Assembly: GCA_963768425.1 (NCBI GenBank)
Contig: CAVYHV010000008.1
Span: forward strand, 64,001 to 128,000
DNA: 64,000 nucleotides
Direction of reading: 5' to 3'
From: Candidatus Bathyarchaeota archaeon
Lineage (GTDB): Archaea > Thermoproteota > Bathyarchaeia > Bathyarchaeales > Bathycorpusculaceae
The stretch's first letter is position 1; each line of letters opens with the position of its first letter. The notes below the pieces were generated by a model, which was not told the DNA's origin, did no database searches, and saw nothing but the letters and a program-made list of their open reading frames with translations. Positions 44,081-54,403 of this stretch are shown here, piece after piece. Made by a program: the position numbers and the translations under genes.

Positions 44081-45048
44081 ACACCAGATACTCGCCTTAT
44101 AGAACAAATACCCAAAATAGCCAAAGTGCTTGAAAACTTGGAAGCATTAGGCAAAGAACAAACAACAAGAAAAACCTACAAGAAACTACTTTTAAGATTA
44201 GCCAACAAAACAGACCTAAACGAACCAAACCAAGTCAACCTTGCAATAGCACGATTCAAAAAATTCAACCGCGCAAACAGGCAAAGACACAAACAAAGAC
44301 GTAACCAATGCATACAAAGACCGACTAATATCAGCCTACAAAACCTACGTTGAATACTATAACATACAAAATTGGAAGCAGCCCTATTACACCCCAGAAG
44401 ATAAAGGCATCCAGCCACCAAATGAGGAAAAAGTAAAATTCTTAATAGCAACAGCCAAAGAACCCCTAAACATAAAAATAATGATAATAGGAGAAACAGG
44501 ACTAAGACCAAAAGAAGTCACAGGCACAAACGGACTCCAAGTAAACGACATCCACAAAGACACAAAAACATTAACCGCAAGAAGCCTGAAAGGATGCAAC
44601 CCAAGACCACCAATGCCAATAAGCGACGAACTACTAACAGCACTAAACAAACTACGTAACAAAACACAACCTAAAAGGCACAGACCTATTATTCACAGGG
44701 AATACTCAGAAACACTATCAAACCATTTTTACGACCACAAGATAACTTTTAGCGAAAAGACTAAACGACCCAACAATAACTCAAATAAGACTCTACGACA
44801 TCCGACACTACTACATAACAAAGAAAGTTAGAAAACTACAAAACATAGAAATAGTAAGACAAATCACAGGACACAAAAGACTAAACACACTACAAAGATA
44901 CATCCACATAGCACTAAACCAAACAGGCGAATGGATAATCAGAATAAACCAACGACAAAGAAAGAGTCAGATGCAACTCCTAAAGGAAGATTTTACTTAT
45001 GTAATAACAACACCAGACGGATACATGAAATTCAAAAAACCAAAATAA
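44051..45048 (+). CDS. int: tyrosine recombinase/integrase, C-terminal part (several frameshifts)
   Basis: ETGLRPKE (Arg), LKG (Lys), RLYDIRHYY, GHK, QRYIH (Tyr) across frames; frame open from the att site. Confidence 0.85.
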
Positions 45049-45134
45049 ACATACATTTTCTCAAACTACCGCGACAGAGAAAGTAAAGGAACGCAAATGC
45101 AAAGACTTAAAACTAAAGTGAAATCAAATAAGAT

Positions 45135-45637
45135 TTGATAAGAAAGAAGGCAATATCAACGAGTTTCTTTAATAGAAAAAAATGGAATGAAGACAGCTTC
45201 CAGTTATCATTAGGTGAAACTGAGCTATCTTTTGGAGATGAATTGAAAGGGACTCTTAGCATCAAGTCCGACGTTGAGTTCGATATTGAAAAGATTTGGG
45301 TTAGGCTAAGCTGTGAAGAAAGTCTTCGGGAAAAGACCACGCAATTCTCTACGATAACGATAATTTAGACCTTAGTGATGCCGTACATGTGAACGCTGGG
45401 TTTCATAAAGAATTTCCTTTTGTTCTCAAGCTGCCATCCGATGGAAGAGAAACATATCATAGTATTCACGAAAATGTGCGATGGTTAGTGGATGCATACA
45501 TCAAAGTAAAAGGAATGAAATATGCCATAAGTACTGAGGGAGGCGGCGAGATTCTTGTCACAAAGCCTGAAGATTCCAACTATACCCATAAAACAAGTCA
45601 AAGAGGTTGCGAGATACCAAACACCTTTGTCAAGTAA
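45135..45637 (+). CDS. arrestin-N/SpoOM-like beta-sandwich cargo protein (frameshifted; may be fused to the next ORF)
   Basis: GDELKGTL.I......IEKIWVRL.C.E...EFPF.LKLP......YHS....VRW.VDA. Confidence 0.5.
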
Positions 45638-46121
45638 GGCGACGAAATTGTATTGTCCTAATTGTGGAAAGGAAGTTCTGAATGAGGATGCTATTTTCTG
45701 CCCATATTGCTCCAAACCATTAAGGTCAGCAAAAAAGCAATCTGGTTTTCCAACTACCGCTGGCATATTGGCAATAATCGCTGCATGCATAACAATTGTG
45801 ATTGGTATTTTTGAATTCCTTAATTTTGCAAGTGATTATCCATATAATTACCGTTATTATATCCCCTATATATTTGATAATTTATTTGTTGGAATATGGA
45901 GTACTATTTGTTTCGCAGTTGGATTATCGGCTGCGATTTATTCAATAAAAAGAAAGCGTTTCGTATTATCAATAATTGGTAGCAGTCTGCTATTGGTTAC
46001 GGCTTTTTTGTATTCTATCATTACACAAGGCTTCGGATTGGTGTTTCTCGGAATACCCGTCTTGATTTTCTCAATTTTGAGTATTGTTTTTGTGGCAATC
46101 TCAAAAAGCGAATTCACATAG
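45555..46121 (+). CDS. zinc-ribbon + 4-TM membrane protein (cargo)
   Basis: YCPNCG......FCPYC followed by four hydrophobic helices. Confidence 0.7.
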   Translation: MSQSLKIPTIPIKQVKEVARYQTPLSSKATKLYCPNCGKEVLNEDAIFCPYCSKPLRSAKKQSGFPTTAGILAIIAACITIVIGIFEFLNFASDYPYNYRYYIPYIFDNLFVGIWSTICFAVGLSAAIYSIKRKRFVLSIIGSSLLLVTAFLYSIITQGFGLVFLGIPVLIFSILSIVFVAISKSEFT

Positions 46122-46257
46122 AACAAATCGTTGAATCATAGAATAACACCCGCTACGAAATTAAACTTAACGTTTAATCAGTACCTTCTTAGCCCTCTCA
46201 ACGATAAATTCTTTAAATCCGCATAACGAAGAAATAGCCTGAACATAGCAAGAAGAG

Positions 46258-46865
46258 ATGAAAATCAAAACGAACAAGAAGATTTTGTTTATCTTGGCGT
46301 TTCTTACAACCCTCGTAATAGGGATTGTGATAATCTCTCTTTCTTTTATTATTATTGGGAAATCGCTAACATAGCTGAATATGTCGCGTTATATGTGTCA
46401 GCTTCAACGGCAATTTTTACCTCAATCAAGACCTTGATTGAACCAGAAGCAAAAACTGAACCTATTCTAGAATCACCCCCCAACTTAAATCCGAGTGCCA
46501 AAAAAGCTATCGCTGGGTTTTTGTCAGGAAAGGTATTTGTCGATTTGTTGATAGAAAATGTGGGCTATTCTATAGCAAAAGATATTGAGGTGAAATGTCA
46601 CTTAATTCCAAATTCTTCCCGTGCATCTCAAGAATGATGGGTTTTTTAAACATTCAATGCTTGCACCAATTCCTAAAGACCCGCCTATCACGTTTTACCT
46701 TTGGAATTCGTTGATCTTGACAAACTGGCTAACCAAAAATTGGTCGTCGAAGCATCATTTTCAAATGAGGAAAACAAGAAGCAAGAAGTTTTGAGACTGG
46801 AAGTGGCATTTGACAAAGTAGAAGGTGAGTTAGCTCAGAGACTTGAAGACGAAGGGTTCCATTAA
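46258..46865 (+). CDS. membrane-anchored hypothetical protein (cargo, frameshifted)
   Basis: MKIKTNKKILFILAFL N-terminal TM, continuing through ORF 46395-46637 (IENVG.SIAKDI.V). Confidence 0.45.
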
Positions 46866-46901
46866 GTTAGAGCAAGAGCCAAAGGACTGGTGAACCCCAG
46901 G

Positions 46902-46961
46902 GATTTCGAATATCAATTATCAACATCAGATAATTGCATGCAGTTCAGAAAACCAAAATAA
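46902..46961 (+). repeat. second copy of the integrase 3' tail
   Basis: DFEYQLSTSDNCMQFRKPK* versus integrase DFTYVITTPDGYMKFKKPK* (44989-45048); 43/60 nt identical by hand count. Confidence 0.75.
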
Positions 46962-47202
46962 TCTTATTTTTTTCGTTCCGCTCCGCTGCGCTCCGCTTCA
47001 CTCCACCAAAAACAAGATAATTTCTATCAATTTCAAGCTTATTCAGAAATGAAACCGATCATCTTTCAATTGACTTCGGAATCAAGTCCTTCGGAACAAT
47101 CGACTCTTAATACAAACACTACTATCTAACGCAAACCGACGACAAACAAAACGCAGCTTACCATTTAAACTCTTAACGTAACAAATTCCGTAACCTAACT
47201 TC

Positions 47203-48501
47203 TCAACAAAACTCACATGGCAATTTATCATACCAACAAGGTTCTACCATAAGCATCAAACTCAAACCAACTCTATACCGAGAAGCATAGGGCTTACGCC
47301 TATCACTCTCAGCAACAACTTGCCACACCTCATAACCATCCTCAAGCGCAGGCATCCAGCTATCTCGCACATAATCAACCGCATACTTAGCCAACGCAAA
47401 AACCTTACTACCCAAATATTTAGCCTCAATTAACTCATGCTGACAAAGCGGACAGAGCATCTTACGTACCTCATAAGTAACTTTGAGCTTCCGATAACTA
47501 GTGCAACCGAACCAAGTAACAACAACGTGACGAATCCTGACAATGTTAACAGATAAAGCCTGACTCATTCAGAAACCCCCACCTTGATAGCACTATGATT
47601 TAACTGATACCAAGCCGTGCCAAAAACTGTAGCACGTTCAGCCTCGCATTTAATTATATATTTATTTTTCTTGTAAGAACCCCTGAACTCGCTCTTCAAA
47701 TCCACCGCAACCAGCACAAACAAACTCATTACCATGCTCCTCAATCAAGCGACCACTACGAGAACGAAAACGCCTAAGCGTTTTAGCGCAAGACCTACAC
47801 TTTCCGTACCCACCAAGAATATACGCAATACTATGTATGTGGGGGCTCCAAGTCCACCCAAACAAAACACCTTTTTCAAGAGACTCTTGATAATTCGCAT
47901 ACCTAAAACCATGAAAAATGAGACAACCGCCAACAACGCCAACCTCAGACAGAATTCTCTTTACTTTAATTCGGAACTTGTCGTTATTAAATTCAGCTAA
48001 ACCCAAATCGGAATAAGGCGGACTGATAACAATGTGCTGGGGAGCACCAAACCGCTTAGACGCAGCCTCTATACGCTGAGCGATATGATCAGCTTCACGC
48101 TTAGCCCAACCCGAAAAACAGCAAACAGGACACCTCGGATTATTGCACGAACGATGAATCTTACGCACAAAATTCTCGCCAGCGTGTGAGACACCATCCA
48201 AATTAGACTGACTATGAAGCTCAAGACGATTACAAATCATAAATTTCTGAAAAGTACCACAATAAGAATTAGTTTGAACCCCCTGACCAACCAACTCCCA
48301 AAAACCGTGATGAGCACTAACATCCTTCGGAGCTTCACAATCACCAAACGACTTAGCATAATCATAATAAAGCTTCTCAATATCCTTCTCAGATAACCCA
48401 GTAACGGAAGGAAAAACCGAAGCAGAAAAAACAAAAAACCCAGAAAAATGAAGTAAAAGGAACCGCAGGAAAATTATAACATCCAAAACAGGAAGCATCA
48501 A
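47203..48501 (-). CDS. rep: HUH-superfamily rolling-circle replication initiator-like protein (frameshifted)
   Basis: HIVISPP (motif I), WSPHIHSIAY (HUH), FGTAWYQLNH (Tyr, ~47595-47625), several CxxC motifs. Confidence 0.7.
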
Positions 48502-48740
48502 ATCACCACGCCCTTATCACACCGCCAAACAACACGGAAAACCTTGGATTTAGGATAATACCGAAACCTCACACGCTTACCACGAGAGCGGCAAGCACCA
48601 GAACCCGTGCCACAAATACAAAGAGGTAAACCATAACGAGTCCCAATTTGCTGAGCTAACTTGCATCTTTCTGCCCATTCCTTCTCAGCCTTGCCAACAA
48701 CAAGCGAACCAAGAACCAAAGGTTCTAACATATTAATCAA
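48498..48740 (-). CDS. small Cys-rich protein upstream of rep
   Basis: 80 aa, overlaps the rep ORF start, CxC...C...C. Confidence 0.5.
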   Translation of the reverse strand: MINMLEPLVLGSLVVGKAEKEWAERCKLAQQIGTRYGLPLCICGTGSGACRSRGKRVRFRYYPKSKVFRVVWRCDKGVVI

Positions 48741-48780
48741 AAAGAAAATGTGACCGCGAGTAAAGATATAGCTTCATAAG

Positions 48781-49362
48781 CTGGCAAAGCGATACATAAC
48801 CGCGACGGAGAAAACCTACACGAATACAGTAGGAATCTTAAACGGCAAACAAAAAATCCACAACAAACAAGCATTAACCCTACTTTATAATAACGAACCA
48901 CTTACCACATGGGAAATGGCTAAAAAATTAACAAATGTTGGAAACAGACGAAGTCTAAACTCCACTTTAAACAAATCAATGCGCAAACTCGAAACTAAAG
49001 GATACGTTTACCGAAAAGACGACGATAAATGGTATTTAAAACTCAAAGGCTTCATAGTAGTACTCCTAATTCAGCCAGAACCCAAAAAATGGAGCGATAA
49101 ATGGACAACAATTTTTATGAATAACCTAAAAACCAACGAAAACGACAGGATGATAGAATTCACCAATCTCGGTTTTAGCAACACCAAAATACAAGAAATA
49201 TCAAAAGCCATCAATAGATACTTAGGTGACTTTGAAAACTGGGTTGCATTCTCAAAAACCGTGGAAAAGAAAAAAATCGATATGGACAAAATCACAGACC
49301 AAACATTAGTACTCATGCTAGTATCAGAAAACCTTGACTTGTCTAAATTCTCAATAGCCTAA
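48781..49362 (+). CDS. winged-helix regulator of the element (start uncertain)
   Basis: Frame open upstream of ATG 48916; PLTTWEMAK...LNKSMRKLETKGYV...W.L..KG. Confidence 0.7.
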   Translation: MAKRYITATEKTYTNTVGILNGKQKIHNKQALTLLYNNEPLTTWEMAKKLTNVGNRRSLNSTLNKSMRKLETKGYVYRKDDDKWYLKLKGFIVVLLIQPEPKKWSDKWTTIFMNNLKTNENDRMIEFTNLGFSNTKIQEISKAINRYLGDFENWVAFSKTVEKKKIDMDKITDQTLVLMLVSENLDLSKFSIA

Positions 49363-49721
49363 ATTTCAATCCAATTCAAATTTCATCCCTAAATCCAGAC
49401 GATACGCTAAAAGCCGAACCTCAAGACAACCGTTCCGTCAAAATGACCACAAACTCCAAAAAATTATCAGGAATAAACAAGACCATAAAGACAGAGAACC
49501 GCATTTCCCCCAGAAGCAGTTCTCTACATTAAGGTCTATTATCCCCATAGTGAAAAGGACACAAAAATTAAGCAAACTAAATTTTTGAACCAAACCACTA
49601 TCACCCCACATTGACCCTTATCTGACTCACCACTTACCTACACCCGATTCACCCGCACCCCATCGAAATTTTTCGAGAAAAATTTAGTAAAGCCTGAGCA
49701 GACAAGAAACAAGTAATAAAC

Positions 49722-49830
49722 AGGGGACATATTCCCCTACCATACCTCTTCTAAACAGGGGACACATTCCCCTAACGTACCCTTTTTGGAAGCCAGTAAG
49801 GGGACAGATTCCCCTACCATACCCTTTCTA
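49722..49830. repeat. three ~31-bp iterons, each containing an AGGGGA-N5-TCCCCT palindrome
   Basis: Copies start at 49722, 49757 and 49799: aggggacaNattcccctaMcRtacc. Confidence 0.85.
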
Positions 49831-50122
49831 AGGAATATATGTATAAGAAAAAATTAGTGCTCACTCACCGCAAACGCAAATAGCCCGCCAATCGTACCAC
49901 ACCAATTTTTCACGCAATACAAAAACCCAAGCAATCTTTACTTTGTCAAAGAAGATTAAACAAAGAAAGATAAGCAGAAAGAAAAACAGAATAGACCAAT
50001 AACTGAAAAGACCAATTTATTAAGCAGATAACAACCTAAAAACAGACCATAAATAGAAAACAAAATTAGAAATAAGACTTATAACTAGCCAAACACACAA
50101 CATACTCCACAGATGAATTAAA

Positions 50123-50180
50123 ATGACAGCAACAACAGAACCCAATAAATTAGTAAGGCTTAAGGCGAGTATTCAAACAG
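50123..50180 (+). CDS. integrase N-terminal fragment
   Basis: ATG at 50123 reads MTATTEPNKLVRLKASIQT into the att core, in the same frame as the integrase C-part at 44051. Confidence 0.7.
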
Positions 50181-50194
50181 CTTTTGGGCGTAAA
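50163..50194 (+). repeat. right attachment site (displaced original host 3' end)
   Basis: aggcgagtattcaaacagcttttgggcgtaaa. Confidence 0.9.
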
Positions 50195-50203
50195 CCCCAA
50201 GCT

Positions 50204-51568
50204 CTATTTGCCTATGACCTTTACATTTTCAACTTGAATCCAAGGGGAAATCAGTTGCCCCATCTGACGCTCATTGCTGCCAATTAAGCTGATGTTTTTG
50301 AGTACTTCAAAGATGTTGCCGGCTAGCATGACGCCTCTACTGCAGTGGGTTATTTCGCCTTTCTTGATCTTCCAAGCAGGGGTTGCCACCACCGAGAATT
50401 CGCCGCTTACCGGGTTACTGCTGTGTGCACCTTGCAGATAATATACCATTAAACCGTCATCGATCTCACTTAGCATTTCATCTGCCGTTTTGTCTCCCGG
50501 CAGTATATGGAAGTTTGTTGTGTCGATGCTTGGGGTTGACAGGTATCCTGCGCGTCCCGCGTTTCCAGTGCTTTGTTTTCCTTCCTTTTTCGCTGAGTAA
50601 CTGTCATAAAGGAAACCGCGCAAAATGCCCTTCTCGATGATTGCTGTTTTCTGATGTGGCACGCCTTCACCGTCAAAAGCCCACGTTCGTAGGCCGCCTG
50701 CGAACAATCCGTCATCGTAAACTGTTAATTTATCCGAAGCTACTTTTTCGCCGATTTTCCCCTTAAACGCAGACTGATTTCGCTGCACACTATCCGCTCT
50801 CACTGCATTAATCAACGTGTAGGCGAGAAGATCCTGCAGCGCAAACTGAGTGAGAATTAGAGTGGTGCTTTTGGTTTCTACTGACTTAGTTTTTAACGCA
50901 GAAAGTGCCAGTTTCGCCGCTTCTTTGCCGACCCAAACTGGATCAACCTCATAGCTTCTTGATGCATTGAATTCGAAGCAAACGGGCGTAACAGAGATGC
51001 CTTCTTTTGCCACGGTGGCTATGCTGCATTCTACAACTGTGCCCTTGTCAAAACCCGAGATGCCGCTTGAGTTGGCGACAGCGTTAGAAATGTAAGCGCT
51101 GCCTATACCCCCTTCAATGGGGAACACTCTTTTGTCAACTTGCCCAGCAGCCTCAAGCATTGCTGCAGCGACTTCGACGAGTTCCCCTGACTCTAGTTCA
51201 ACAACCCGTTCATCAAAGGTTTTTTCAGGTGAAGCGTAAGTTTCACTTCCTGGCAGTCCTTTCCAGTCTGCGTCAGGTTTGCTTGCTCTTGCCGCGCTTA
51301 AAGCCCTTGAGATTACGTCTTCGACAGCGGTTGGGTCGTCGATTACGTTTGTGTAAGCAAAACCCATCGCTTTTTCAGCGACCACGCGGATGCCTAATCC
51401 TCGGTCAATGATCCTGTTAGTCTTGCTAATCTGGCCCAGTTCGATGCCGATGTTTGTTGCTTGTCCTTCGTAAACGTAAGCCTCCGCTTCAGAAGCTCCT
51501 TTCTTAAGGGCTTGACTCACCGTGTTTTCCGCTAAATCTACCATTACTTCTTTTTTAAGCACTGCCAC
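50204..51568 (-). CDS. pmbA: PmbA/TldE-family protein
   Basis: GLGIRV, FDGEG, STGNA, SGEFS; no HExxxH. Confidence 0.9.
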   Translation of the reverse strand: MAVLKKEVMVDLAENTVSQALKKGASEAEAYVYEGQATNIGIELGQISKTNRIIDRGLGIRVVAEKAMGFAYTNVIDDPTAVEDVISRALSAARASKPDADWKGLPGSETYASPEKTFDERVVELESGELVEVAAAMLEAAGQVDKRVFPIEGGIGSAYISNAVANSSGISGFDKGTVVECSIATVAKEGISVTPVCFEFNASRSYEVDPVWVGKEAAKLALSALKTKSVETKSTTLILTQFALQDLLAYTLINAVRADSVQRNQSAFKGKIGEKVASDKLTVYDDGLFAGGLRTWAFDGEGVPHQKTAIIEKGILRGFLYDSYSAKKEGKQSTGNAGRAGYLSTPSIDTTNFHILPGDKTADEMLSEIDDGLMVYYLQGAHSSNPVSGEFSVVATPAWKIKKGEITHCSRGVMLAGNIFEVLKNISLIGSNERQMGQLISPWIQVENVKVIGK

Positions 51569-52958
51569 CGACCATGATCTCCTTTATGCTAATGTGTGGT
51601 CCTCCATCACATATGAACGCTGTCTGACCTTTGCCGCATCTTCCAGGATCCAAGAGAAAATCCTTGCCGACCCCGTCGACTTTATTAAGGGTTTCAAGTG
51701 TGTTGCCGCTTATTGAGGCGTCGCGTACCGATGCGCCTATTTCGCCGTTTACTATTTCGTAGCCTTCTTGGATGCCGACTTGGAATGTTCCATCAAGATT
51801 TGCCTGTCCACCCCTAAAACTCTTAAAGTAGAAGCCTTGCTTCACGTTTTCTACCAATTCTTCAAAGGAGTGATCCCTTGGCTCCATGTATGTGCAACGC
51901 ATACGGATTATTGGTTCCACTCGAAAATCTTCGGCTCTCGCATTGCCCGTGGGCTGAGCGTTGAATTTTTGAGCAGTTTCACGGTTATGCATCAAGCCTG
52001 CGACGACACCGTCTTTTATGAGCAGTGTTTTCTGGGTTTGAACGCCTTCGTCATCGTATTTGAATGCGCCAAAAGAGCCATCGATGGTACCGTCATCATA
52101 AAAAGTGACCAAGTCAGAGCCGATTTTCTTTCCTAAGTTGTCAGCTAAGACGCCGCCTGAAAGAGCCAGATCCGCTTCAGCCAAATGCCCAAACGCCTCA
52201 TGGACAAAAACTCCGACAACATTTGGACCCAGTACGACCGGAAACGTTCCTCCCTTCAAAGATTTGGCGCCTAACTGCTCAATCGCGCGTTTGGCTACTT
52301 TTTCGCCCAAATCTTCGGGAGACACCTCATCGAAGATTTCGTAGCCCGCCGTGGAACCTATTTCATCACGGCTAAACGTGAATATGCCCTCATTGAGGGC
52401 CGAACCTGCGATTCTTGCCCAAACATATAATTTGTCCTGCTCTATGCTCGAGCCGTCGCTGTTCACAAAATAGCTGGTTCCCATCAAATCAAGATAATCA
52501 ATTGTGAAACTCTTTATCCGTTTATCGTAGCCCAAACCCGTCTTGTTCACTGTCATGGCTGTTTTGATTTTGTCCTCCATCGAAATATCCGCTGGGTTCT
52601 TTTTCGGCTTAGATCTCACGCGGTCGGTAACAACTTTGGTGTCGGAAAGCTTGATTGGCTTTTTCAGGTGTGAACTCGCCATTTTCGCCATTTTGCAAGC
52701 ATCTGAAACTGCGTCCTCCAAAATCGTTTGGTCCAGAGAGCCGACGGAAGCAAACCCCCATGTACCATTAACTAGTACGCGCAAGGCAACGCCACTTTCG
52801 ATACCCTGTTTTGCCGCTTCAACCCGCTCTTCTTTGAGGGTTAGCATTGTTTTAACCATTTCTTGTGCTCGGGCTTCGGCGTATTGTGCTCCGAACTTTT
52901 GGGTGGCTATGCGGTTAATTTTGGTGAGAAGGTCTTTCAAAGTTATCTGCCTTTGCAA
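51555..52958 (-). CDS. tldD: TldD-family metalloprotease
   Basis: [26 protein letters not shown]...GGP. Confidence 0.93.
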   Translation of the reverse strand: MQRQITLKDLLTKINRIATQKFGAQYAEARAQEMVKTMLTLKEERVEAAKQGIESGVALRVLVNGTWGFASVGSLDQTILEDAVSDACKMAKMASSHLKKPIKLSDTKVVTDRVRSKPKKNPADISMEDKIKTAMTVNKTGLGYDKRIKSFTIDYLDLMGTSYFVNSDGSSIEQDKLYVWARIAGSALNEGIFTFSRDEIGSTAGYEIFDEVSPEDLGEKVAKRAIEQLGAKSLKGGTFPVVLGPNVVGVFVHEAFGHLAEADLALSGGVLADNLGKKIGSDLVTFYDDGTIDGSFGAFKYDDEGVQTQKTLLIKDGVVAGLMHNRETAQKFNAQPTGNARAEDFRVEPIIRMRCTYMEPRDHSFEELVENVKQGFYFKSFRGGQANLDGTFQVGIQEGYEIVNGEIGASVRDASISGNTLETLNKVDGVGKDFLLDPGRCGKGQTAFICDGGPHISIKEIMVGGSA

Positions 52959-53037
52959 AGTTGAATATAATTAAAACTATTTTGTAGGAATTAAACCGTT
53001 TGTTGCTTGCTTTCCTCAGCGAAGGATGGCTTGTGTT

Positions 53038-54366
53038 TTACCAAAAATCGTTCATGTTTAGCTGCTTGACTGTTGCAACTGGTGGTTTAGACTTAATTTT
53101 AGGTGTGTCAACATCTAGGACCAGTTGTCCGTAGACGCCGTCATACCCTGGGGTAACTTTTGCTTCGCCATTTCTCACCTTAACGATTTCCTGGGCAATA
53201 GAGGCATCAACCAGTTTGGCTAAAGCTTCCAATGGAGCGTCAATCAGCACTGAGTATTCATCGCCGAATTTCTCAATCAGCAAGTTGTAGTTTTTCCAAA
53301 CCGCCTGAGTTGAAGGTGATTCAGTGCCTAATACTGCCGCGATTATTTCGGAGAGTGGTAGCAAACGCATAAAGCCTGGAGCGTTCGCGCGTTTGAAGTC
53401 TGGGGGTCTGTCTGCGAGTTCTTCAATTCGTTGTTCCACACCTTTTGTCAGTTTTCGTCGGCATACTGGGCAGATGTTGCCGAACTTTCTGGCTTCAGCC
53501 GGTGAGAGGGAAACTTTGCAGTTGCGGTGTCCTGTCCAATGATATTTGCCGTAGGCGGGGTCAACTTCAATGGTGTACTTGAACCGTGCTGGGTCATTTT
53601 TTATTATGGCGTCTGTGACTTGTTGGTACGTGAAGTTTTCAAGTTCGAAGACATTGGCTTCTCTTCCTAGGCGCCAAGGCCAAAAACTGTGGCAGTCACT
53701 GTTCGAAACTAAAGTGTATTTGTCTAACTCGCTTAAGCGCCAGTTCATCGGGGGGTCGCTGCTTAATCCAGTTTCCAAGGCATGTATATGGCGTGTCATG
53801 TCTTGGTAACAGTCTTCCATAGTGTCGAAGCCGCTGAACGCACCAAAGACGCTGAACCACGGGGTCCAAGCATGCGCGGGAAAAACCATGTTTTCAGCTG
53901 AGACTACCATTATCTCCTCTACAAGTTGTGGCGCTGAAACATTCAAGATTGGTCTGCCGTCTGATGCCAAATCGCCGAATCGTTTTAGCCGGTCATTGAT
54001 TTGAGTGGCTGTCTCCATGCTCGGGGTTAAGATGACGTGGTGGACCTTTTTGTTTTCGTTTTTGAAGTCGAATATTGTGCAAACTTCGGTTGTAAGCATG
54101 AACCGAACAGGCGAATCAACTTTGCCTGCCAGCTTGAATAGGCCAGTATCCTGTTCGGGCGTCAAGGTTTCGCGAATCTCTTTTAGCCACAGCGGATGGG
54201 TAAAGTCGCCTGTGCCCACCAAGTTTAAGCCTTTGATTCTTGAGTAACGTGCAATCTCCGGGATGCTCATCTGCTCGCTTGTTGCCCTGCTGAATCGACC
54301 GTGAATATGCAAGTCAGCTATAACTCTCAATATTGGCACCCAATCCCTAACGTGAACTTTAACCAT
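53038..54366 (-). CDS. PHP-domain endonuclease Q-like protein
   Basis: DLHIH.RFSRATS, GTGDFTHP, AHAWTPW, ETGLSSD, SNSDCHS, GKYH..GHRNC, PGYDG.YG. Confidence 0.88.
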   Translation of the reverse strand: MVKVHVRDWVPILRVIADLHIHGRFSRATSEQMSIPEIARYSRIKGLNLVGTGDFTHPLWLKEIRETLTPEQDTGLFKLAGKVDSPVRFMLTTEVCTIFDFKNENKKVHHVILTPSMETATQINDRLKRFGDLASDGRPILNVSAPQLVEEIMVVSAENMVFPAHAWTPWFSVFGAFSGFDTMEDCYQDMTRHIHALETGLSSDPPMNWRLSELDKYTLVSNSDCHSFWPWRLGREANVFELENFTYQQVTDAIIKNDPARFKYTIEVDPAYGKYHWTGHRNCKVSLSPAEARKFGNICPVCRRKLTKGVEQRIEELADRPPDFKRANAPGFMRLLPLSEIIAAVLGTESPSTQAVWKNYNLLIEKFGDEYSVLIDAPLEALAKLVDASIAQEIVKVRNGEAKVTPGYDGVYGQLVLDVDTPKIKSKPPVATVKQLNMNDFW

Positions 54367-54403
54367 TTTAAGGCTTCGCTAAACCAACACAAAAAATGCA
54401 AGA

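Larger units (their letters stand above)
44049..50194. mobile_element. ~6.1-kb integrated element (split tyrosine integrase + HUH Rep-like gene + cargo)
   Basis: Flanking 32-bp direct repeats (18-bp exact core), integrase at the left end, Rep-like gene, iterons, A/C-rich plus strand. Confidence 0.9.

Noticed and set aside
49722-49830. Palindromic repeats as a mini-CRISPR array
   Set aside because: Only 3-12 nt lie between units, there are no unique ~35-nt spacers, and no cas genes are in the window
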